Origin: Candidatus Omnitrophota bacterium
GTDB lineage: Bacteria > Omnitrophota > Gorgyraeia > Zapsychrales > Zapsychraceae
DNA: 64,000 nucleotides
Direction: 5' to 3'
NCBI GenBank assembly: GCA_015233115.1
Contig: JADFYJ010000002.1
Span: forward strand, 38,016-102,015
Under the pieces are notes generated by a model that saw only the letters and a program-made list of their open reading frames with translations, was not told the DNA's origin and searched no databases. Of this stretch, positions 16,973-26,385 are shown one piece after another (position 1 is the stretch's first letter; each line of letters begins with the position of its first letter). A program made the position numbers and the translations under genes.

Positions 16973-18401
16973 CTAAAATCCTCCTTTTGATGATCTCCCC
17001 AATCATTTTAGGGTTTGCTTTCCCTTGAGTTTTTTTCATGGTTTGTCCAACCAAAAAACCTAATACATTTTCTTTTCCCGATTTTATTTCCCCTACTGCT
17101 TTAGGATTTTCTTTAATGATTTCGTCAACAATTCTAGTCAACGATTCCTGGTCTGACACCTGCGCCAGACCATTTTCCTGAATGATCTGTTCCGCGCTTT
17201 TGCCGGTATCCAACATAATTTTGAGGACATCTTTTCCAACTAAGTTGCTGACTACGCCGTCCTCAACCATTTTGATCAATCCAGCCAGAGAAGCTGGGAC
17301 TAATTTAAGTTCTGCCAAACTGGATTTGCGGTCACTGATTTCCCGTAGAAGTGGACCGTTAAGCCAATTAGCAATTTTTTTCGCCTCCGGATATAAAGCA
17401 ACGCATTCTTCAAAAAATTGCGCAATTGTTTGATCCAGTACTAAGATGAAAGCGTCATACCCATTTAAATTATATTGATTTTTAAACCGTTCTAATTTCG
17501 CATACGGAAGCTCAGGCAATGACTGACGGATCTCTTTAATCTTGTCCGCTTTAACCACAAACGGCACTAAATCCGGGTCAGGAAAATAACGGTAATCATG
17601 CGCCTCTTCTTTACTGCGCATAGAAAGCGTCATTTGTTTGTTATCGTCCCACAGCCGGGTTTCCTGCACTATTTTTTCGCCCGATAAAATAACTTGCGTA
17701 TGACGAATCACTTCATATTCCAAAGCCGCTTTGACAGCTTTAAAAGAATTCATGTTTTTTATTTCCGACTTGGTGCCCAGCTTGGTCTCTTCTCTAGGCC
17801 GGATCGAAACATTCGCGTCGCAACGTAAACTCCCTTTTTCCATGTCGCAATCAGACACATTCAAATATTGCAGCGTCAATTTCAAAACCTGCAGATAATC
17901 ATACGCTTCCTGCGGCGACCGCATATCTGCTTCAGTCACGATTTCTAACAGCGGCGTACCTGTGCGATTATAATCGACCAGAGTTCCGTCCGCTTCATGC
18001 GTTAATTTCCCGGCGTCTTCTTCTAAATGCGCGCGATTAACCCGAATTTTTTTTAACTCGCCTTTTTCCATCGGGATCATTACCAAACCATTTTTCGCAA
18101 CTGGAAAATCATATTGCGAGATTTGATACGCTTTAGGCAAGTCAGGATAATAATAATTCTTGCGGTCAAATTTGATGTACGGATTAATTTCACAGCCCAG
18201 GGCCAAACCAACCTTAATCCCATACTCCAAAACTTTTTTATTCAAAACCGGTAAAGTCCCGGGTAATCCCAAACAGACTGGGCAGGTCAAAGAATTTGGC
18301 TGTTCACCAAATTGATTCGCGCAAGCGCAAAATATCTTCGTCGCTGTTTTCAGCTGAAGATGCACTTCCAACCCAATAACTGTTTCAAAATCCATTGACA
18401 T
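16965..18401 (-). CDS. gatB: Asp/Glu-tRNA(Asn/Gln) amidotransferase subunit B
   Basis: MSMDFETVIGLEVHLQLKT and overall GatB architecture. Confidence 0.9.
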   Translation of the reverse strand: MSMDFETVIGLEVHLQLKTATKIFCACANQFGEQPNSLTCPVCLGLPGTLPVLNKKVLEYGIKVGLALGCEINPYIKFDRKNYYYPDLPKAYQISQYDFPVAKNGLVMIPMEKGELKKIRVNRAHLEEDAGKLTHEADGTLVDYNRTGTPLLEIVTEADMRSPQEAYDYLQVLKLTLQYLNVSDCDMEKGSLRCDANVSIRPREETKLGTKSEIKNMNSFKAVKAALEYEVIRHTQVILSGEKIVQETRLWDDNKQMTLSMRSKEEAHDYRYFPDPDLVPFVVKADKIKEIRQSLPELPYAKLERFKNQYNLNGYDAFILVLDQTIAQFFEECVALYPEAKKIANWLNGPLLREISDRKSSLAELKLVPASLAGLIKMVEDGVVSNLVGKDVLKIMLDTGKSAEQIIQENGLAQVSDQESLTRIVDEIIKENPKAVGEIKSGKENVLGFLVGQTMKKTQGKANPKMIGEIIKRRILDA

Positions 18402-18420
18402 ATTTAGCCTTAAAAATTAA

Positions 18421-18680
18421 TTGTAACAATGTGCGCCGTCCGCAGGAGCTCCCGGCACTACTCGGACATTACGTCCTCGGTCGCAGTGTAACAATGCCAA
18501 AAAAACTTGAAAAACAAATCTATTAACCGCGTGCCCAAACTCAAGGTTGGCGTTAAAACCGAATCCCCGAGCGAGTTTCCTTGGCGCTTCGCCAAGGTTG
18601 TTTGAGCGAAGGATTTGGTTTAAATGCAAACCGCCCTCCCACGCGCTTCATTAAAAAATAACAATGTAGCATTGTTACGT
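18421..18680. repeat. structured intergenic insert between gatB and gatA carrying a family E repeat unit
   Basis: ggagctcccggcactactcggacattacgtcc is the reverse complement of the gacgYaatgtccg..agtagtgccg..agctccc units at 38476-38558. tgtaacaatg direct repeats, an aacaatgtagcattgtt palindrome, and a ccttggcgcttcgccaagg hairpin. Confidence 0.5.
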
Positions 18681-18682
18681 TT

Positions 18683-20092
18683 TTATCGATTTTGCTCATA
18701 CGTATAGCCAATTCGAAACAGTGTTTCTTCCGCGAAGGGTTTGGCCATAATCTGCAAACCAATCGGTAATCTGTTTTTTGAAAACCCACACGGAATCGAG
18801 ATGGCCGGGATACCGCTTAAATTCGCGGGTGTTGTAAAAATATCGTTTAAATACATACTGATCGGATCATTCATTTTCTCACCTAATTTAAACGCAGTCG
18901 TTGGCGCAGTCGGCGTAATAATCGCGTCCACCTCTTCAAACGCCCGATCAAAATCCATTTTAATCATGGTACGGACTTTTAAACCTTTCAAATAATACGC
19001 GTCATAATAACCTGACGATAATGAATACGTTCCCAGCATAATCCGACGTTTAGCTTCATTCCCAAAACCCTGATCGCGCGTTTCTTCATACATGTCCACC
19101 AGATTCGTTTTCCTCACCTGTGACGGCTGCGCGCGCAAACCATATTGCACACCGTCAAACCGCCCCAAATTAGAACTCGCTTCAGCTGTCGCCACAATGT
19201 AATAACACGCGATCGCGAACTTGCTATGTGGCAAAGAAATTTCTTTAAACTCAGCACCGCAAGATTTCAAAAGCAGAACAGCATCCATGACTTTTGTTTT
19301 AACTTCCGCGTCTAAGCCTTCGATAAAATATTCTTTAGGCAGGCCGATCTTTAAACCCTTCACGTTCTTGACCAAAGCCTTGGTATAATCCGGGTTGGGC
19401 ACATTAGCGGACGTCGAATCTTTAGGATCATAACCGGAAATAATATTCATGAGCAGAGCTGAATCAGTCACATCTTTAGTAATAGGACCAATCTGATCCA
19501 AACTCGACGCGAACGCTATTAAACCAAAGCGGGAAACCCTGCCGTAAGTGGGTTTAAGCCCAACCACACCGCAATAAGCGGCAGGCTGACGTATAGAACC
19601 GCCAGTATCTGAACCCAACGCCCATATGGCTTCGTTCCCTGCTACAGCCGCCGCTGAACCACCGCTTGATCCACCCGGAACTCGCGACAAATCCCAGGGA
19701 TTTCTGGTTGGACCATAACATGACGTCTCTGTTGACGAGCCAAAAGCAAACTCATCCATATTCGCGTGTCCGACAAAAATCGCGCCGGACTGTTTTAATT
19801 TTCCAATAACTGTCGCGTCATAAGGCGCTATAAAATTTTTTAAAATTTTAGAACAGCAAGTTGTTTCTGTGTCCTTGATGCAAATATTATCTTTAATCGC
19901 AATCGGGATAGGAATATTCTTCCCATTAAATGCTGGAAGCTTATCCCCAGAAAATACTTGCGCATAAGCGTGGATATCTTTTTCACTCTGGCTAATTTGC
20001 TCCAGCACAGAACCAACTACGTCGACAACCTTAAGCTGTTGCGCGGCGTATTGATCTAAAATTTCATGAGCGGTAAGCTGAGCTATTTTCAT
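18683..20092 (-). CDS. gatA: Glu-tRNA(Gln) amidotransferase subunit A (amidase signature)
   Basis: [12 protein letters not shown] amidase signature. 469 aa. Confidence 0.9.
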   Translation of the reverse strand: MKIAQLTAHEILDQYAAQQLKVVDVVGSVLEQISQSEKDIHAYAQVFSGDKLPAFNGKNIPIPIAIKDNICIKDTETTCCSKILKNFIAPYDATVIGKLKQSGAIFVGHANMDEFAFGSSTETSCYGPTRNPWDLSRVPGGSSGGSAAAVAGNEAIWALGSDTGGSIRQPAAYCGVVGLKPTYGRVSRFGLIAFASSLDQIGPITKDVTDSALLMNIISGYDPKDSTSANVPNPDYTKALVKNVKGLKIGLPKEYFIEGLDAEVKTKVMDAVLLLKSCGAEFKEISLPHSKFAIACYYIVATAEASSNLGRFDGVQYGLRAQPSQVRKTNLVDMYEETRDQGFGNEAKRRIMLGTYSLSSGYYDAYYLKGLKVRTMIKMDFDRAFEEVDAIITPTAPTTAFKLGEKMNDPISMYLNDIFTTPANLSGIPAISIPCGFSKNRLPIGLQIMAKPFAEETLFRIGYTYEQNR

Positions 20093-20376
20093 TACTCAAT
20101 AACTTTCGGAACTTTGTAACAGCCCTTGTCTTTCTGGACAGAAAATTGCAATGCTTCATCTTGGGACAAAGAGGGATTGACCACATCTTCCCTGAACACA
20201 TTTTGGAGAGGCAAAGCATGGCTAGTCGGCTTGACATCCGTGACATCAAGTTCGTTTAATTGGTCAATATATTTTAATATACATTCCAAATCATTTGCCA
20301 ATAACTGCGCTTCCTCCTCTTTGAGGTGAATCCGCGACAAACTGGCAATTTTTAAGGCGTGTTCTTTAGTAATCAT
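20092..20376 (-). CDS. gatC: Glu-tRNA(Gln) amidotransferase subunit C
   Basis: 94 aa. [22 protein letters not shown]. Start/stop overlap with gatA. Confidence 0.8.
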   Translation of the reverse strand: MITKEHALKIASLSRIHLKEEEAQLLANDLECILKYIDQLNELDVTDVKPTSHALPLQNVFREDVVNPSLSQDEALQFSVQKDKGCYKVPKVIE

Positions 20377-20489
20377 AATTCAAGTCTCATGGTCACAAAA
20401 ACAAAAAAAATTAATGAAAAAACGGATGAAAATTAGTCCATATCATAACATCGGGATACCGGATTGACAAGAAAAAGTAAAATAGAAAA

Positions 20490-20855
20490 TTAAACTAACT
20501 TCACTTTTATATCATCTGGAATAACGGCTGGTTTAAAATCATGAGTCAAGCAGACCAACGTAACTTCCGCTTCTACCAAAAGACGACCATCAGATTTGGC
20601 AATAATATTTTGTTGAAAAAAAATCTGCGCGGCTGTGACTTTTTTTACTTCAGCAGAACAAACAATAATATCCCCATACCGGGCCGGGGAACGGTACTTC
20701 ACATGGCATTGACGCACAGCGTAAAGAAAGGCGCCTAATGGAATTTCCCGATCCAATAAATATTGAGTCCGTGCCTCTTCCATATATTTCAAATAATTAG
20801 CATAATAAACCACACCGCCCGCGTCAGTATCGTGGTAATAAATCCGTTTTTCCAT
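20490..20855 (-). CDS. acyl-CoA thioesterase, 4HBT/YbgC family
   Basis: YYHDTDAGGVVYYANYLKYMEEART (hot-dog fold thioesterase N-terminus). Confidence 0.7.
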   Translation of the reverse strand: MEKRIYYHDTDAGGVVYYANYLKYMEEARTQYLLDREIPLGAFLYAVRQCHVKYRSPARYGDIIVCSAEVKKVTAAQIFFQQNIIAKSDGRLLVEAEVTLVCLTHDFKPAVIPDDIKVKLV

Positions 20856-20926
20856 AAAAATCCTTTCTCTGTGAATTTGATTTTATTTCATTTGAATCAT
20901 TTTCGCCACATGTATTTAAAATATTA

Positions 20927-21047
20927 GGCCTGTTGAAAAATGTCCAGATGCAAGGCATTCCCGAGTGAACGCGGAGACGTACTGTAGATGTACGTCGCAC
21001 AAGCGAACGAGGGAATAACGCCGCAGATGGGCATTTAGCAACAGGCC
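20927..21047. other. nested three-stem inverted-repeat element (candidate structured RNA or regulatory site) in divergent promoter region
   Basis: P1 ggcctgttg/caacaggcc. P2 attccc/gggaat. P3 gacgtac-tgtagat-gtacgtc. cagatg half-sites lie in both inter-stem linkers. Confidence 0.3.
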
Positions 21048-21204
21048 ATTCGTATTTTTCTTAAAATACCCGAAATACTACTTGCACGATGCATAGTCCG
21101 GTGCTATATTCACAATTGCCACGGAAACTTAAATTTATAGAAGTTAATGTGGCTTTTTTTATGCATTCACATTAACTCGAACCATTGAATGAGGGGGACA
21201 TGAA

Positions 21205-21627
21205 ATGGAAAGAGCAGAAAAACCACAATCTGGACTTATGCGTGATTCCGACGACCGCTATTTGCCTCGGTGGGAAGTCGAGAATAAAGTTCTATATCAA
21301 ATAGACGACGATATAGGAATCCGCGAAGCTGCGACCAAAGATCTCAATTGCGCAGGCACTTGCCTCCGCACTCAAAATGAATTTCATACTGATCAAAAAG
21401 TCAAATTAACGATCTATCTTGATGACAATACGCCGGTCACGATTCACGGGCAAATCCGCTGGATTAAAGATTCAGACCACAAACACCCGCAAGAAAAAGA
21501 AGTTGGTATCAGTTTTTTCAATACTCCAGAGACAGTACAAAACCTGATCTTGCAATACGCGTTTGAACTGAATGAAAAAAAGCTGGCTAATTATTGGTTT
21601 AAAGATTGGAATGGCTCAGCTAAATAA
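21205..21627 (+). CDS. PilZ-domain protein (putative c-di-GMP receptor)
   Basis: RYLPRWEV (RxxxR) and DLNCAG (D-x-S/N-x-x-G) spaced as in PilZ domains. One of the few plus-strand genes. Confidence 0.5.
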   Translation: MERAEKPQSGLMRDSDDRYLPRWEVENKVLYQIDDDIGIREAATKDLNCAGTCLRTQNEFHTDQKVKLTIYLDDNTPVTIHGQIRWIKDSDHKHPQEKEVGISFFNTPETVQNLILQYAFELNEKKLANYWFKDWNGSAK

Positions 21628-22408
21628 CTCTTAGCGCCTCTGCGATTTGGATAAATTGCCCTAAGTTCACATCTTCGGCCCTATCCTGTGGATCAATTCC
21701 TAAACCCTTAAAAATCTGCTCAAGCGTTCTTTTATCAGCAAAAATATTTAATGAATTAAGAATTGTTTTCCGGCGCTGTTGAAACGCGGTTCGGATGACG
21801 TGAAAGAGCTGTTTTTCATCCGCAGTTTTCCAGGGAAGATTAGAATACAAGTCATACTTGATAAAACATGATTGCACTTTCGGCATCGGCTGAAACGCCG
21901 ATCGGCCTATTTGAAACAAAATATCCGGCTTCCCATAATATTGAACGAAACAACTGAACGATCCATAGGCTTTCGTGTCAGGAACAGCACATATCCTCTG
22001 TCCATACTCCCATTGCACCATCATAAAAAACTGAGTAAATTTTAAACGATATCCGATAACTTTTTCAATAATGGGTGTGGCGATATTATACGGCAAGTTG
22101 CTGATAATCTTGATGCCATCCGGCAATTGCTCAAACGGAAACTTCAGGATATCCGCGTCGTAAACCGTCACGTTACGATCTTTAAATTGCATTTTTAAAT
22201 GATCCGCCAATACCCGATCCGTTTCCACAGCAAAAACCTGTTTGACCCGCTTCGCAATCCCCTCTGTGATCGCACCCTTCCCCGGCCCGATTTCTAAAAC
22301 AATATCGTCACTCTTCAATTCACAAACATCAATAATCTTTTGAATAATATTCCGGTTGATTAAAAAATTTTGCCCCAGAGATTTTCGTGGTTTATGGGCA
22401 GGAATCAT
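21620..22408 (-). CDS. rsmA: 16S rRNA (adenine1518/1519-N6)-dimethyltransferase
   Basis: SLGQNFLINRNIIQKI and LEIGPGKGAITE. KsgA family. Confidence 0.9.
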   Translation of the reverse strand: MIPAHKPRKSLGQNFLINRNIIQKIIDVCELKSDDIVLEIGPGKGAITEGIAKRVKQVFAVETDRVLADHLKMQFKDRNVTVYDADILKFPFEQLPDGIKIISNLPYNIATPIIEKVIGYRLKFTQFFMMVQWEYGQRICAVPDTKAYGSFSCFVQYYGKPDILFQIGRSAFQPMPKVQSCFIKYDLYSNLPWKTADEKQLFHVIRTAFQQRRKTILNSLNIFADKRTLEQIFKGLGIDPQDRAEDVNLGQFIQIAEALRVI

Positions 22409-23349
22409 GAGGATAATTCAAATGCCAGTTTAATTGCTTCACACATTGACGCCGGATCCGCCATATTTTTCCCGGCAATATCAAATGCGGTTCCGTGCGC
22501 GGTTGATGTCCGGATAAACGGCAGACCAATCGTCAAATTAACCAGATTAGGAAAAAATAAAGCTTTAATCGGACCTAAACCTTGATCATGGTACAAAGAA
22601 ATAATCGCGTCATATTTTTTCGCGTTATGAGGCACAAACAACGTATCCGCGGCAAACGGACCGCAAATTTTCATTTTTTGTTTTTGAGCCGCTAAGATAG
22701 CCGGCAAAACCACCTTAATATCTTCCTTGCCAATCCGTCCGCCTTCACCCGCATGCGGATTCAAACCGCAAACCGCGATTTGCGGATCTTTAATCTTAAA
22801 CATACTCTTAAGAATATGATGAGTCATGGCAATGGTCCCGCCTAAATTTTTCCTGGTTACTGCCGTCGGCACTTGTGACAAAGGAATATGCCGCGTCGCA
22901 ATAATCACCCGCCATGTTCCAGCTACAAAAAGCATTTCCACATTCTTCACGCCAAAAGCTTCCGCTAAATATTCCGTATGTCCATGGAATCCGGGTAGAC
23001 TAAAAGAAACCCATTCTTTACTCAAGGGCCCAGTCACCAGCGCATCAATTTTTTTGGCTTGAATCAATTCAACACTGGTTTTTAAATATTCCAACGATGC
23101 TTGACCACTCTCCAAAGATGGCTTCCCCAATTTCCATTTATTTTTAGGCAATAAATTCACGTCTAAAAAAGTACAATTTTTCAAATTGCGGATCGGAAAA
23201 TGTTCCATCACAAAATAATCACCGATAATAACAAAATGGCCAAGCCGCTGAATATCCGGCCGGCTCAAAGCTTGGGCGGTTATCTCCGGGCCAACGCCGC
23301 AGGGATCGCCTAACGTGATTCCGATAATTTTATTTTTTGATTTCAACAT
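22405..23349 (-). CDS. pdxA: 4-hydroxythreonine-4-phosphate dehydrogenase
   Basis: IGITLGDPCGVGPEI and PdxA family sequence throughout. Classic surA-pdxA-ksgA arrangement. Confidence 0.85.
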   Translation of the reverse strand: MLKSKNKIIGITLGDPCGVGPEITAQALSRPDIQRLGHFVIIGDYFVMEHFPIRNLKNCTFLDVNLLPKNKWKLGKPSLESGQASLEYLKTSVELIQAKKIDALVTGPLSKEWVSFSLPGFHGHTEYLAEAFGVKNVEMLFVAGTWRVIIATRHIPLSQVPTAVTRKNLGGTIAMTHHILKSMFKIKDPQIAVCGLNPHAGEGGRIGKEDIKVVLPAILAAQKQKMKICGPFAADTLFVPHNAKKYDAIISLYHDQGLGPIKALFFPNLVNLTIGLPFIRTSTAHGTAFDIAGKNMADPASMCEAIKLAFELSS

Positions 23350-24265
23350 ACGTTTTCGCTTTTAATTTCAGTAACCATTTTTCAAACTTTTCTTTAAATT
23401 TTCGGCGGTAAACCACTTCATAGGCAAAATTTTTCACATCTTCATACGCCGCTATTTTTTCCGGCGAATGTCCTAGCAATTTAAAAATAAAATACCCATT
23501 TTCAACTTCAAATATGTCAGACGTCTCATCCATTTTAAGGGCCAATAATTTTGTTTCAATATCATCCCTTAATTGGCCGCGCTCAATCGTGCCAATGGAC
23601 GGCGTATCTGAATAATCCGCAGCAATCTTTTTAAAATCATCCCCTTTTTTGACTCTATCCAACGCCGCTTCAATCTTTTTCCGGGCCGCTTGTTTATTCG
23701 TGCCGAAAGCGATGTAAATCGAATCTAAACTTAACGATTCTTTGCGTTTAAATTGATCTTTGTTAGATGAAAAAAAATCTTCAACTTCTTTTGGGTTTAC
23801 GGTAATTTTTTCCCTTATTTCATTATCTATTATATATTTAATCTTTAGCTGATCTCGAATTTTATGGCGTAAATCTGTTAAATTGGACCCATTACTGACC
23901 AGATCCGTCATAAAATCCGCTTCTGAACGGTACTGAGATTTTAACTGATCAACCCGCTCATCTACTCCAGATTCTCGTATTTCCATTTTCTTTTCATTGG
24001 CATAACTCAAAATGATTTTATCTTCAATCATTTTTTCAATCCCATTCGCTTCCAAATCCTTCATCACCGCATCAATCTGCCGGGGATCCATACCATCCGC
24101 TACTAAACTGACATAGGTTGAATGTAGATAATCTTTAAGATCTTTCATGGTGATCAACTCTTTATTGACCACCGCGACAATCGCGTCATCCACCGCCTGA
24201 GCAGACGAAACCCAACCTCCTAGCAAAAATAAAATAACAAAAAAATATTTAAAAAAAGTTTTCAT
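23330..24265 (-). CDS. periplasmic chaperone/peptidyl-prolyl isomerase, SurA/PrsA-like
   Basis: Signal peptide, SurA-N-like region, degenerate parvulin domain. Conserved position upstream of pdxA. Confidence 0.6.
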   Translation of the reverse strand: MKTFFKYFFVILFLLGGWVSSAQAVDDAIVAVVNKELITMKDLKDYLHSTYVSLVADGMDPRQIDAVMKDLEANGIEKMIEDKIILSYANEKKMEIRESGVDERVDQLKSQYRSEADFMTDLVSNGSNLTDLRHKIRDQLKIKYIIDNEIREKITVNPKEVEDFFSSNKDQFKRKESLSLDSIYIAFGTNKQAARKKIEAALDRVKKGDDFKKIAADYSDTPSIGTIERGQLRDDIETKLLALKMDETSDIFEVENGYFIFKLLGHSPEKIAAYEDVKNFAYEVVYRRKFKEKFEKWLLKLKAKTYVEIKK

Positions 24266-24291
24266 GGTTAATCCTCAGTATTGTTAATTAA

Positions 24292-24450
24292 ACGTATATA
24301 GTATGTGGTATGTGGTATGTGGTATATCGTAAAAACGAGAATTAATAATTTTGATCAAACGACAAAAAAAACGTATTTTATTCCTAATAAATTCTTAATT
24401 TGTCTCACCAATCGTTTTTCACCACATACGACATACCACATACTACATGC
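24292..24450. repeat. IR-flanked element, family D (TIRs are tandem gtatgtR heptamers), empty copy
   Basis: Left arm gtatgtggtatgtggtatgtggtat. Right arm accacatacgacataccacatactacatg. About 95-bp AT-rich core. The right arm supplies the mfd stop and last codon. Confidence 0.6.
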
Positions 24451-26341
24451 CATTTTTATTAATTGTAACGTTTTTCTTCAAGTTTTCCACCGATTCTTTT
24501 AATAATCGGCAGTACAAATCAAACCCTATGCTGGCAATATATCCATGCTGTTCCTGTCCCAAAAGATTCCCCGCTCCCCTCAATTGCATATCTTCAAACG
24601 CAATCTTAAACCCTGCTCCTAATTCACTGTATTTTTCGATCGCGTCAATTCTCGCTTGGCTTTCCTGGCTTAATGATTTATAGGCCGGGATCAAAAAATA
24701 AGCATAGGCTTCGCGAGTGAATCTTCCAACGCGCCCGCGTAATTGATGCAAATCAGCCAAGCCAAAGTGATCAGCCCGGTTAATAATTAGCGTATTAGCA
24801 TTAGGAATATCTATTCCTGATTCGATAATAGTGGTCGAAACCAAAACATCAATCGAGCCATCTAAAAATTGCAGCATAATTTTTTCCAAATCACGCGCGG
24901 ACATTTGCCCATGCCCAATGGCTATCCTCGCTTGCGGGACCAAACGTTTGATGATTGCTCCTATGTGCGCAATATCTTCCACCCGGTTATGAATAAAAAA
25001 CATCTGCCCATGCCGTTTTAATTCCCTTTCAATAGCTTCTTTAATTAAATCTTCGTCAAATTCTCGGACAAACGTTTTAACCGGTAGACGTTTTTGCGGC
25101 GGCGTTGTGATCACAGACATATCTTTTGCCCCGACTAAAGACATATGCAAGGTTCGCGGAATAGGAGTCGCGCTTAATGTCAACACATCAGCCAAAAGGC
25201 GGAAATGTTTGAGCCGTTCTTTAGCCTTAACTCCAAAACGCTGTTCCTCATCAATAATAATCAATCCCAAATCTTTAAACGCGATATCTTTGGACAAAAG
25301 CCGGTGCGTCCCAATGACGACGTCAACCTGGCCATCCGCTAATTCAATAACCGTTTTTTGCTGTTCAGCTTTAGTCCTAAAACGGCTCAACATAGCCACG
25401 CGAACTGGATATTTTTCCATGCGTTTGACAAAATTATAATAATGCTGTTCCGCTAAAATCGTGGTTGGAACCAAAATGGCGACTTGTTTGTGGTCCATCA
25501 CGGCTTTAAAAACCGCCCGCATCGCTACTTCGGTTTTTCCAAAACCGACATCCCCGCACAGAAGCCGGTCCATGGGCAGTTCAGACTCCATATCTTTTTT
25601 AACATCCGTTATGGCTTTTTTTTGATCATCCGTCTCTTCAAAAGGAAAACCTTTTTCAAAATCTTTTTGCCATGGAGTATCAAGAGAAAATGAATGTCCA
25701 CGCAAACTGGCACGCATAGCTTGAGTATGCAATAATTCCGCCGCCATTCTCTGCAAACGTTTTTGAATCTGTTGTTTAAGCCTTTTCCATTCCGGACTGC
25801 CGAGTTTATAAATCCGCGGCGGCCGTTTGTTAAAACTTAAGTATTTTTGAATCAGATGAATATCATGTTTGGGGACGAATAATTTATCTCCTCCCTGATA
25901 CTCAATAACAAAATGTTCTTTAACTTCATCACGGATCTCAATGGTTTGCAAACCGATGAAGCGGCCAATACCGTGATAATTATGGACAACATAATCGCCT
26001 TTTTGAATATCGACAAAATTATTAAGAGGAACGTCTTCAGAAAAAACCGCATTTTTGTTTTCAGGTTTATGAGGCAGGATAATCGCGATCTTGTGTTCCC
26101 AGATCACCTTACCGGAACGGATATTGACACTGGCAATTTTTTGGATCTTCTCATCATCAAAATCAACTCGGATAGGACCGTCAAAATTGACGGGATATAT
26201 TTGCAGAATTTCACCGTGGTGGGCATACTCGCCTTCCTTTAAGGCGTGCCGCACATGCTGGTAATGCATGGCCGCCAAATTGTTGAGGACAATATCCAGG
26301 GCAATCGTCTGTCCAACGAAAAGTTCGAGTGATTGGAACAT
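24443..26341 (-). CDS. mfd: transcription-repair coupling factor, short form lacking UvrB-homology module
   Basis: CarD/TRCF RNAP-interaction domain (GDYVVHNYHGIGRF). SF2 helicase motifs (GDVGFGKTEVAMRA, DEEQRFGV). C-terminal TRCF domain. 632 aa, with only 44 nt to the upstream gene. Confidence 0.8.
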   Translation of the reverse strand: MFQSLELFVGQTIALDIVLNNLAAMHYQHVRHALKEGEYAHHGEILQIYPVNFDGPIRVDFDDEKIQKIASVNIRSGKVIWEHKIAIILPHKPENKNAVFSEDVPLNNFVDIQKGDYVVHNYHGIGRFIGLQTIEIRDEVKEHFVIEYQGGDKLFVPKHDIHLIQKYLSFNKRPPRIYKLGSPEWKRLKQQIQKRLQRMAAELLHTQAMRASLRGHSFSLDTPWQKDFEKGFPFEETDDQKKAITDVKKDMESELPMDRLLCGDVGFGKTEVAMRAVFKAVMDHKQVAILVPTTILAEQHYYNFVKRMEKYPVRVAMLSRFRTKAEQQKTVIELADGQVDVVIGTHRLLSKDIAFKDLGLIIIDEEQRFGVKAKERLKHFRLLADVLTLSATPIPRTLHMSLVGAKDMSVITTPPQKRLPVKTFVREFDEDLIKEAIERELKRHGQMFFIHNRVEDIAHIGAIIKRLVPQARIAIGHGQMSARDLEKIMLQFLDGSIDVLVSTTIIESGIDIPNANTLIINRADHFGLADLHQLRGRVGRFTREAYAYFLIPAYKSLSQESQARIDAIEKYSELGAGFKIAFEDMQLRGAGNLLGQEQHGYIASIGFDLYCRLLKESVENLKKNVTINKNGM

Positions 26342-26385
26342 ATGAAGAAGTCATCCCGCCGTTGGCGGGATGACTTTCAAAACTT

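Noticed and set aside
18417-18789. Two small minus-strand ORFs (70 and 78 aa) in the gatB-gatA spacer
   Set aside because: They overlap each other and the gatA coding end, are built from the repeat/hairpin sequence, and have no RBS. The region is better explained as structured non-coding DNA.
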